In this document: piece after piece, positions 48,081 to 64,000 of the stretch | Position numbering within the stretch: the first letter of the stretch is position 1 | Layout: each line of letters starts with the position of its first letter | Source of the DNA: Mobula hypostoma | Lineage: Eukaryota | DNA length: 64,000 bases | Direction: 5' to 3' | Assembly: GCF_963921235.1 (NCBI RefSeq) | Contig: NC_086107.1 | Coordinates: 115,756,001-115,820,000, forward strand | The notes under the pieces: generated by a model | The model's database searches: none | Seen by the model: only the letters and a program-made list of their open reading frames with translations | What the model was told of the DNA's origin: nothing | Made by a program: the position numbers and the translations under genes

Positions 48081-48330
48081 CGGATCCAGGACTGGGTATC
48101 AGGCTAGGATCTCATCCAGAGGTTTATATATAGAACAGATCCCAAGGAGAGTGTAATGGTTTGGGATCTAATCCAGGGGTTTATATATAAAACAGATCCC
48201 TCAGAGAGTGTTATGGTTTGGGATCTAATCCAGGGGTTCAAGAGTTTATATATCGAATAACAGGTCCCCAGGAGTGTGTTATGGGCTGGGGTCTTGTCCA
48301 TGAATTTGGGAGTTTATGTCTAGAATAACA

Positions 48331-51300
48331 TAGAACCATAGAAAATAGGTGCAGGAGTAGGCCATTCGGCCCTTCGAGCCTACACCGCCATTTATTATGA
48401 TCATGGCTGATCATCCAACTCAGAACCCCACCCCAGCCTTCCCTCTATACCCCCTGACCCCTGTAGCCACAAGGGCCATATCTAACTCCCTCTTAAATAT
48501 AGCCAATGAACTGGCCTCAACTGTTTCCTGTGGCAGAGAATTCCACAGATTCACCACTCTCTGTGTGAAGAAGTTTTTCCTAATCTCGGTCCTAAAAGGC
48601 TTCCCCTCTATCCTCAAACTGTGACCCCTCGTTCTGGACTTCCCCAACATCGGGAACAATCTTCCTGCATCTAGCCTGTCCAATCCCTTTAGGATTTTAT
48701 ACGTTTCAATCAGATCCCCCCTCAATCTTCTAAATTCCAACGAGTACAAGCCCAGTTCATCCAGTCTTTCTTCATATGAAAGTCCTGCCATCCCAGGAAT
48801 CAATCTGGTGAACCTTCTTTGTACTCCCTCTATGGCAAGGATGTCTTTCTTCAGATTAGGGGACCAAAACTGCACACAATACTCCAGGTGTGGTCTCACC
48901 AAGGCCTTGTACAACTGCAGTAGTACCTCCCTGCTCCTGTACTCGAATGCTCTCGCTATAAATGCCAGCATACCATTCGCCTTTTTCACCGCCTGCTGTA
49001 CCTGCATGCCCACTTTCAATGACTGGTGTATAATGACACCCAGGTCTCGTTGCACCTTCCCTTTTCCTAATCGGCCACTATTCAGATAATAATCTGTTTT
49101 CCTGTTTTTGCCACCAAATTGGATAACTTCACATTTATCCACATTAAATTGCATCTGCCATGAATTTGCCCACTCACCCAACCTATCCAAGTCACCCTGC
49201 ATCCTCTTAGCATCCTCCTCACAGCCAACACTGCCACCCAGCTTCGTGTCATCCGCAAACTTGGAGATGCTGCATTTAATTCCCTCATCCAAGTTATTAA
49301 TATATATTGTAAACAACTGGGGTTCCAGCACTGAGCCTTGCAGTACCCCACTAGTCACCACCTGCCATTCTGAAAAGGTCCCGTTTATTCCCACTCTTTG
49401 CTTCCTGTCTGCTAACCAATTCTCCACCCACACCAATACCTTACCCCCAATACCGTGTGCTTTAAGTTTGCACACTAATCTCCTGTGTGGGACCTTGTCA
49501 AAAGCCTTTTGAAAATCCAAATATACCACATCCACTGGTTCTCCCCTATCCACTCTACTGGTTACATCCTCAAAAAATTCTATGAGATTCGTCAGACATG
49601 ATTTTCCTTTCACAAATCCATGCTGACTTTGTCCGATCATTTCACCGCTTTCCAAATGTGCTGTTGTCACATCCTTGATAACTGACTCCAGCAGTCTCCC
49701 CACCACCGACGTTAGGCTAACCGGTCTATAATTCCCCGGTTTCTCTCTCCCTCCTTTTTTAAAAAGTGGGGTTACATTAGCCACCCTCCAATCCTCAGGA
49801 ACTAGTCCAGAATCTAACGAGTTTTGAAAAATTATCACTAATGCATCCACTATTTCTTGGGCTACTTCCTTAAGCACTCTAGGATGCAGACCATCTGGCC
49901 CTGGGGATTTATCTGCCTTCAATCCCTTCAATTTACCTAACACCACTTCCCTACTAACATGTATTTCCCTCAGTTCCTCCATCTCACTGGACCCTCTGTC
50001 CCTTACTATTTCTGGAAGATTATTTATGTCCTCCTTAGTGAAGACAGAACCAAAGTAATTATTCAATTGGTCTGCCATGTCCTTGCTCCCCATAATCAAT
50101 TCACCTGTTTCTGTCTGCAGGGGACCTACATTTGTCTTTACCAGTCTTTTCCTTTTTACATATCTATAAAAGCTTTTACAGTCAGTTTTTATGTTCCCTG
50201 CCAGTTTTCTCTCATAATCTTTTTTCCCCTTCCTAATTAAGCCCTTTGTCCTCCTCTGCTGAACTCTGAATTTCTCCCAGTCCTCAGGTGAGCCACTTTC
50301 TCTGGCTAATTTGTATGCTGCTTTGGAATTGATACTATCCCTAATTTCTCTTGTCAGCCACGGGTGCACTACCTTCCTTGATTTATTCTTTTGCCAAACT
50401 GGGATGAACAATTGTTGCAGTTCATCCATGCAACCTTTAAATGCTTGCCATTGCATATCCACCGTCAATCGTTTAAGTGTCATTTGCCAGTCTATCTTAG
50501 CTAATTCACGTCTCATACCTTCAAAGTTACCCCTCTTTAAGTTCAGAACCTTTGTTTCTGAATTAACTATGTCACTCTCCATCTTAATGAAGAATTCCAC
50601 CATATTATGGTCACTCTTACCCAAGTGGCCTCTCACGACAAGATCGCTAATTAACCCTTCCTCATTGCTCAAAACCCAGCCCAGAATAGTCTGCTCTCTA
50701 GTTGGTTCCTCGACATGTTGGTTTAAAAAACCATCCCGCATACATTCCAAGAAATCCTCTTCCTCAGCACCTTTACCAATTTGGTTCACCCAATCTACAT
50801 GTAGGTTGAAGTCACCCATTATAACTGCTGTTCCTTTATTACACACATTTCTATTTTCCTGTTTAATACCATCTCCGACCTCACTACTGTTAGGTGGCCT
50901 GTGCACAACTCCCACCAGCGTCTTCTGCCCCTTAGTGTTACGCAGCTCTACCCATATCGATTCCACATCTTCCCGGCTTATGTCCTTCCTTTCTATTGCA
51001 TTAATCTCTTCTTTAACCAGCAACGCCACCCCACCTCCCCTTCCTTCATGTCTATCCCTCCTGAATATTGAATATCCCTGAACATTGAGCTCCCATCCCT
51101 GGTCACCCTGGAGCCATGTCTCTGTGATCCCAACTATATCATAATCATTAATAACAATCTGCACTTTCAATTCATCCACCTTATTACGAATGCTCCTTGC
51201 ATTGACACACAAAGCCTTCAGGCGCTCTTTTACAACTCTCTTAGCCCTTATACAATTATGTTGAAAAGTGGCCCTTTTTAATGCTTGCCCTGGATTTGTC

Positions 51301-52445
51301 GGCCTGCCGCTTTTAATTTTCTCCTTAGTACTTTTTGCTTCTACCCTCACTTTACACACCTCTGTCTCTCTGCACTGGTTCCCATCCCCCTGTTGTGAAC
51401 TAACCTCCTCACGCCTAGCCTCTTTAATTTGATTCCCACCCCCCAACCATTCTAGTTTAAAGTCACCTCAGTAGCCCCCGTTAATCTCCCTGCCAGGATA
51501 TTGGTCCCCCTAGGATTCAAGTGTAACCTGTCCTTTTTGTACAGGTCACACCTGCGCCAAAAGAGGTCCCAATGATCCAAAAACTTGAATCCCTGCCCCC
51601 GCCCCAATCCCTCAGCCACGCATCTATCCTCCACCTCATCGCATTCCTACTCTCACTGTCACGTGGCACAGGCAGTAATCCCGAGATTACTACCTTTGCG
51701 GTCTTTTTTCTCAACTCCCTTCCTAGCTCCCTATATTCTCCTTTCAGGACCTCATCCCTTTTCCTACCTATGTCATTGGTACCTATATGTACCACGACCT
51801 CTGGCTCCTCACCCTCCCACTTCAGGATATCTTGGACATGATCAGAAATATCCCGGACCCTGGCACCAGGGAGGCAAACTACCATCCGGGTCTCTGGACT
51901 GCGTCCACAGAATCACCTATCTGACCCCCTTACTATCGAGTCCCCTATCACAACTGCCCTCCTCTTCCTTGCCCTACCCTTCTGAGCTACAGGGCCGGAC
52001 TCTGTGCCGGAGGCACGGCCGCTGTCGCTTCCCCCAGGTAAGCTGTCCCCCCCCAACAGTGCTCAAACAGGAGTACCTATTGTCAAGAGGCACAGCCACC
52101 GGGGTACTCTGTATTACCTGACTCTTCCCCTTCCCCCTCCTAACCGTGGCCCCAGCGTGACCACCTGCCTGCAACTGCTCTCTATCAACTCCTCGCTCTC
52201 CCTGACCAGACGAAGGTCATCGAGCTGCAGCTCCAGTTCCGTAACGCGGTCCCTTAGGAGCTGCATCTCGATGCACTTGGCGCAGATGTAGATGTCCGGG
52301 AGGCTTGGAGACTCCAGGGCCTCCCACATCCGACACCGAGAACAGCAAACTGCTCTCACACTCATACTGCCCCTCTCCTCAAATAACAGAAAATGAATGC
52401 CAAACCTTCCTCGCCTCGCCCGTTTCTGCCTAAGCCCGTTGAGAC
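48331..52445 (-). mobile_element. Near full-length young CR1 LINE with uninterrupted ORF2 and broken ORF1
   Basis: ORF2 48420-51461 has an APE endonuclease (NARS, GITETW, GDFN, SDH) and RT (FADDT). ORF1 pieces have a CxxC..CxxC zinc finger, a coiled coil and an SGNH esterase (HIGTND, LHLN). Confidence 0.96.
48420..51446 (-). CDS. CR1 ORF2 endonuclease/reverse transcriptase (open frame, no initiating ATG)
   Basis: 1008-codon open frame; the track's start codon is TTG; the first ATG is at 50819. Confidence 0.9.
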   Translation of the reverse strand: MGGGNQIKEARREEVSSQQGDGNQCRETEVCKVRVEAKSTKEKIKSGRPTNPGQALKRATFQHNCIRAKRVVKERLKALCVNARSIRNKVDELKVQIVINDYDIVGITETWLQGDQGWELNVQGYSIFRRDRHEGRGGGVALLVKEEINAIERKDISREDVESIWVELRNTKGQKTLVGVVHRPPNSSEVGDGIKQENRNVCNKGTAVIMGDFNLHVDWVNQIGKGAEEEDFLECMRDGFLNQHVEEPTREQTILGWVLSNEEGLISDLVVRGHLGKSDHNMVEFFIKMESDIVNSETKVLNLKRGNFEGMRRELAKIDWQMTLKRLTVDMQWQAFKGCMDELQQLFIPVWQKNKSRKVVHPWLTREIRDSINSKAAYKLARESGSPEDWEKFRVQQRRTKGLIRKGKKDYERKLAGNIKTDCKSFYRYVKRKRLVKTNVGPLQTETGELIMGSKDMADQLNNYFGSVFTKEDINNLPEIVRDRGSSEMEELREIHVSREVVLGKLKGLKADKSPGPDGLHPRVLKEVAQEIVDALVIIFQNSLDSGLVPEDWRVANVTPLFKKGGREKPGNYRPVSLTSVVGRLLESVIKDVTTAHLESGEMIGQSQHGFVKGKSCLTNLIEFFEDVTSRVDRGEPVDVVYLDFQKAFDKVPHRRLVCKLKAHGIGGKVLVWVENWLADRKQRVGINGTFSEWQVVTSGVLQGSVLEPQLFTIYINNLDEGIKCSISKFADDTKLGGSVGCEEDAKRMQGDLDRLGEWANSWQMQFNVDKCEVIQFGGKNRKTDYYLNSGRLGKGKVQRDLGVIIHQSLKVGMQVQQAVKKANGMLAFIARAFEYRSREVLLQLYKALVRPHLEYCVQFWSPNLKKDILAIEGVQRRFTRLIPGMAGLSYEERLDELGLYSLEFRRLRGDLIETYKILKGLDRLDAGRLFPMLGKSRTRGHSLRIEGKPFRTEIRKNFFTQRVVNLWNSLPQETVEASSLAIFKRELDMALVATGVRGYRGKAGVGF

Positions 52446-53352
52446 TCAAGGGAGTATGTTACAGGGCAGGATCTAATCCAGAGATTCGGAGAGTTTATAC
52501 GTAGAATAATAAATCTTTAGGAGTGGGTTACAGGCTGGGGTCTAATCCAGAAATTCATAACTTCTGAATTTTATGTAACAGATCCGTGGATATGGAATGT
52601 GAAGTCTCTGAGTCTTACAGCAATGCCACAGCGATACAGGCCATTTGGCCCAAAAAGGGGGTGTCTATCTAACTGGTCTTAGTAGAGACCAACATCCACA
52701 AAGAAAGCTGAGACATAAGCTGATTTATCATTGATAGTTGTGAAGTGAAACGGCTTGGGAGGTCAAGTGAGCCTGGTTAAACACTGTGAATGGCCGTGTG
52801 CTGGGGAATGTTGAAGAACAGAGAAACCTTGGTGTACAAGTCCAAGGATCACTGTAGGTGGTTACACAGGTAAATGGTTTGCCGATTTGCGAGTAGGGGT
52901 TGATAAAGGAGCACAAGATACTTCCCTTCCCCGGACAGGCGGTAGAATGTAAGAAGAGGAATGGGTATAAAAGTGAACTCTGGTCAGACTCAGACCCCAG
53001 CTGGAGAACCATGTGCAGTTCTGGTCCCCACAACACATGGGGAGGTCTGGATGCTGAGGGGACAACCCCACCCCCAAAGCTCTTTTCATCTCAGAGGCTG
53101 TGTCTGTTCCCCTTGTAGCAGGGGGGAAGAGGATAATAGAGGTGGGCACAATCACAGAGGGTGCAGGTGTGTGGTCAAAAATCAGAGTGTGTGGGTTGAG
53201 GGGGTAGGGTCCAGAGGTTTAGAGGTGATCTGGGGGGGGGGGTGGATTTTCCTCCAGTGGGTGGGGTTGGAATCAGGAACGCACTGGCTGAGAGGAGTTT
53301 GGAAGGACAGGGCCCCCTGAGTGTCTCCCTATTTCCCTTTGTTCTAAACATA

Positions 53353-54950
53353 CAGTGCCTATTAAAAAGTATTCAGCCCCCCCGACCTTGGAAGTGTTTT
53401 ACAATATTGAATCACAGTGGATTTAATTTGGCTTTTTTTAATACTGGTCAACAGAAAAAGACTTTCGTGTTGAAGTCAAAACATCTCTACAAATTGATTT
53501 AAATTAATTACAAATATAAACAAACTAATTGCATAAGTATTCACCCCCTTTAATATAACACCAAATGTTCGCTGGTGCAGCCAATTGATTTTGGAAGTCA
53601 CATAATTAGTTAAATGCAGATCACCATGTGCAGTCAAGGTATTTCAATTGATTATAATAGAATCACAACAGTATCTGGAAGGTCCAACTGTTGGTGAGTC
53701 AGTATCCTGGCAAAAAATACACCACAAAGACAAAAGAACACTCCAAGCAACTCTGAAAAAGTTAGAGAAAAGCACAAGTCAAGAGATGGATGCAAGGAAA
53801 TTTCCAAGTCACTGAATATCCCTTGGAATACAATTAAGTCAATCACCTAAGAAATTAAAAGAATATGGCACAGCTGTAAATCTGCCTGGAATGGTCCATC
53901 CTCAAAGACTGAGTGACTGTGCAAGATGGGGACTGGTGAGGGAGGCCACCAAGAGACCTATGACAATTCTGGAGGAGTTACAAGCTTCAGTGGCTGAGAT
54001 GGGAGAGACTGCGCATACAACAACTGTTGCCCGGGTGCTTCACCAGTCGCAGCTTTATGGGAGAGTGGCAAAGAGAAGCCACTGTTTTAAAAACTCACAT
54101 GAAATCTCAGCTAGAGTTTGCCAGAAGGCATGTGGGAGACTCTGAAGTCAGCTGGAAGAAGGTTCTATGGTCTGATGAAACCAAAATTGAGCTAGTTGGC
54201 CATCAGACTAAACGTTATGTTTGGCCAAACACCACACATCATCAAAAACACACCACACCATCCCTACTGTGAAGCATGGTGGTGGCTGCATCACACTGTG
54301 GGGATGCTTCACTCCAGCAGTCCCTGGAAGGCTTGTGAATGTAGAGAGTAAAATGAATGTAGCAAAATACAGGGAAAACCTGATGCAGTCTGCAAGAGAA
54401 CTGCAACTTGGGAGAAGATTTGTTTTCCAGCAAGACAATGACCCCAAGCATAAAGCCAAAGCTACACAGGAATGGCTTAAAAACAACAAAGTTAATGTCC
54501 TGGAGTGGCCAGGTCAGAGACAAAACCTCAATCCAATTGAGAATTTGTGGCTGGACTTGAAAAGCGCTGTTCACTCACAATCACTGTGCAATCTGACAGA
54601 GTTTTTGAGCAGTTTTGTAAAGAAAAATGGGGGGAAATTGCAGTGTCCAGATATGCAAAGCTGATAGAGACCTATCCACACAGACTCAAGGATGTAATTG
54701 CTGCCAAAGGTGCATCTACTAAATACTGTCTTGAAAGGGGTGAATAATTATGCAAACAATTAATTTTGTGTTTAATAATTGTAATAAATTTTAGACAAAT
54801 TTAGAGAAATTTGTTTTTACTTTGACACGAGTAGTCTTTTCTGTTGATCAGTGTCAAAAAAGCTGAATTATATCTACTGTGATTCAATGTTGTAAAACAA
54901 TAAGACGTAAGAATTTCCTGGGTTGGACAGGGGTGAATATATATGCTCTG
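53353..54950 (+). mobile_element. Full-length decayed Tc1-family DNA transposon with long IR/DR-type termini
   Basis: TA|CAGTG start and CTG|TA end; ~200-bp inverted repeats with repeated attcacccc/ggggtgaat motifs; transposase remnants WSDETK, VKHGGG, FQQDNDPKH and LNPIENLW. Confidence 0.9.
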
Positions 54951-55234
54951 TATTTGTAGAACCTTGTGGGTTTTACCTTTACCTTTTCTATAACCTAGCA
55001 CACGGACAGGTACAGGTCTTTTGGCCCACAGTTTTGTACCAATCTCATGAAATTTGTGATCCAACGGTCAACTAAATTAATCACTTCTGCCTATACAGTG
55101 TTCATATCACTCCATTCCCTGAACATGCATGTGTTTGTCTAATAGCCTCTGTCGAATTTGCCCCCACCACCACCCTTGGCACCACTCTGTGTTAACAGAA
55201 ATACTAGTCCTGCACATCTCCACAGTTTTTCCAC

Positions 55235-55944
55235 TTTTTCGCGATGGACTGCACTGAGCCCTGAGGTATGTTCAGTGCCTTTGAGATGATCTTGTACCCT
55301 TCCCCAGATTCGTGCTTCGTTATTATTATTTCCCTGACTTGACTTGAATGCTCTTTTGCCTTCATTTTGGTTTGGTGTGTTGAAAATCTACCATACTGTT
55401 GAACTTTATGGAGAGAGATGGGGTATTTATTCTTATGAATTCACCGAAAACAGGTGATACTCCAATTTTCTACACCAACAAATTGGGTGAGTTGGTAAGG
55501 TAATACTGTAAATTACACCTGAGGAAAGTTAGTGTAGTACTTAGAAATAGGAATGAATACTTTTTCAGCTTCACAATTTTGGGTTTTAATTTTTTGTAAA
55601 TTGCTGCCAGGTTTTGGAATTTTTCTTTTGATTTGACATGATGCACAATGTTTTGTAGATTCGCTGTACTTCAGTAAAATCCTACCACAATATATTTTAA
55701 AAACGCAAACAACAGGAATTCTGCAGATGCTGGAAATTCAAGCAACCCACATCAAAGTTGCTGGTGAACGCAGCACCGGGTTTTGGCCTGAAACGTCGAC
55801 TGTACCTCTTCCTAGAGATGCTGCCTGGGTTGCTGCTTTCACCAGCAACTTTGATGTGTGTTGCTACTATATATTTTAAGTTCAGAAAATGAGACAGTAA
55901 AATGTGAAAATAGCTGTGGGGCTGAGTACTTTCTTAAGCCACTG
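55235..55944 (-). mobile_element. 5' fragment of a second Tc1-like element with a Penelope-end insertion at ~55700-55865
   Basis: Terminus reads cagtggcttaagaaagtactcagccc on the minus strand; N-terminal GEGYKIISKAL remnant near 55270-55295. Confidence 0.6.
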
Positions 55945-57456
55945 CAGAGCTATGGCCAAAAAGTTCACCAGTACCTTCTACTTCCACAGAAGATTAAAGA
56001 AATTTTAGTGTGCCCCTGTCAACCCTCACCAATTTTTATCAATGCACCATAGAAAGCATCCTGTCCAAATACAACACCACTTGGTATGGCAACTGCCCTG
56101 CCCTTGCCTGTAAGAAATTGCGGGGAGTTATGGACACAGCTCAACACATCATTGAAATCAGCCTACCCTGTGCTTCCTGTAGCCTGTCTCTTTCATTCAT
56201 CATCTCACTCCATCTAACCCCTCTCTCTGGGTTCCTGCACTGTTACAACAAGGTCCAAAACAAATTTGAAGAATAACGCCTCATTTATAAGCACTCAGGC
56301 TACAGAAGTCAATACCAAAATCTCCAGCATCCCCCATCACAGATCCCCACCATCCAGGTCCTGCCATCGGGCAGGAGGTACAGAAGCCTGAAGTCCCACA
56401 CCACCAGGTTCAGGAACAGCGACTTCCCTTCAACCGTTCGGTTCTTGAACCAACCGGCATGATCTTAGTAACTGCCTCAGCACTCTGACCACTTTGCACT
56501 AAAATGGAATTTGTTCCTTGTATAAACTGTGCCTAATAGTATTTCTTGTGAACTCTGCTTCTTTCATCGCCCCTGTGACAATAAATTCGACTTGACTTGC
56601 TGCCTAGGTAAAGCATCCAGCATAATCAAAGACCCAACCCACCCTGACTTTGCCTCTTCTCCCCCTCCCATCGGGCAGAAGATACAGAAGCCCGCAAACA
56701 TGTACCACCAGTCTCCAGGACAGCTTCTAGCTCGCTGTTATAAGAATCTTGGCCCCACAGTCTACCTCTACGTGACCCTCGCACCTCTCTGTCCGCCTGC
56801 ACTGCACTTTGACTGCAGCTCTAACACTTCATCTGCGTTTTTTTGTTGTTCCGCCTTGTTCTACCTCAATGCACGGTGTAACGATCTGATCTGTGAACAG
56901 TTTGTAAGACAGGCTTTTCACTGTACAATAATGACGTGTGACAATAATGACCCGATTCCTATTCCTTCCTCCCAGCGCCCCTGGAACATGAAGAATGTCA
57001 CTCGTTGCACAGGAGTCAGAGAAGAGCCTTCGGTCACCTGGAGGAGCCTTCCTGATGCCCGAGGGACAGAAACAATGCTTCGGGCTGGGGGCAGGTTCCT
57101 CGAACCCCGGGGAGGATGTGTCGGAGGATTGGGGAGGGGGGTGCTCCCTTGCTCCTATAAGAGACACAGATACCGGAGACTCGGGAGGTTCTGAGTTTAT
57201 GGTTTATTTCTCTTCTGGAGATGTACAGATCGTGAATTCAAAAACCCTCCATGGTGAGGGGGTGGGTGGGGAGTGGGAGAGCAGGGTTTAGGGGAAAGAT
57301 CGGAGGATAAGGGAAGGAGGAGAGAGGAGGTGGAGGGAAGGCAGATGTTGAAGATAGGGTGGAGTGGGTATTTCTGATAGGTAGAGAGAAGGTGAAGAGG
57401 ATGGAGGGGTGTGGGGGGGGGAGGGCGGTGCCAGTGAGGGGTGTGGCTTCCCCAGG

Positions 57457-63574
<6,118 letters not shown>

Positions 63575-64000
63575 CTGTGTGAAAACAGCAGAGAGGTGAT
63601 TGAGAAAGTGCGCGAGAATTGTCATTGTCCTGTGTTTCAAACTCTGCTGAGATTCCAGGAGAGGGGCTCTCCACTGCCAAACTGGGAGAGAAACTCACAC
63701 ACAAACAAAATATCCTAATGCATTAGCTTCTACCATCATCCTCAGCAGTGTGTACCATTCTCTGTCTGAAAAAAACTGACATTCCCCGCCCCCCCCCCGG
63801 TACTTTGCTCCAGTCACCTTGAAATTACCTCCCCCCTCGTGTTAACCCTTTCCACGCTGGGAAGAAGTGTCCGACTCTCCACTCGATCTACGCCTCTTAT
63901 CATTTTGTACACCTCTGTCAGGTCATCTCTCACCCTCCTTTGCTCCAAAGAGAAGCGCCAGCTCACTCAACATTCTGTCTAATCCAGGCACTGTCTCAGT

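Noticed and set aside
50311..51081. Recurrent 256-258-aa antisense ORF in CR1 copies (also 60909-61685)
   Set aside because: Recurs only because the copies are near-identical; starts at TTG and has no recognisable domain
51427..51450. ATG immediately after the CR1 ORF1 stop as the ORF2 start
   Set aside because: It is in the third frame and terminates after 7 codons

Overview
Repeat-dense vertebrate genomic DNA. The repeat families (CR1, Rex1/Babar-like, Penelope, Tx1, V-SINE) point to a cartilaginous fish, probably a ray; this is inference. Three spliced genes were reconstructed by hand. (1) A complete 7-coding-exon cytosolic sulfotransferase of the SULT1 family (+, 9194-32377, 301 aa). (2) A complete 7-exon HIRIP3 (+, 35419-46908, 806 aa) with a CpG-island promoter and an internally repeated 1.6-kb exon. 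(3) The last five exons of a divergent DOC2A-like gene (-, 57457-63574); its 5' part lies beyond the window. The trio matches the human 16p11.2 neighbourhood, but INO80E is absent. Most other sequence is nested transposons and minisatellites. Most notable: two young CR1 LINEs have an ORF2 with no usable AUG, entered through a correctly phased T-TTA-AAC slippery heptamer at the ORF1 stop (candidate -1 ribosomal frameshift). Also notable: the DOC2 C2B domain has two Ca2+-ligand Asp residues replaced by His; Penelope ends carry hammerhead-ribozyme motifs and form fold-back mini-elements; and a Tx1-type LINE splits a 52-bp minisatellite. Repeat boundaries are approximate and family names come from motif recognition, not database searches.
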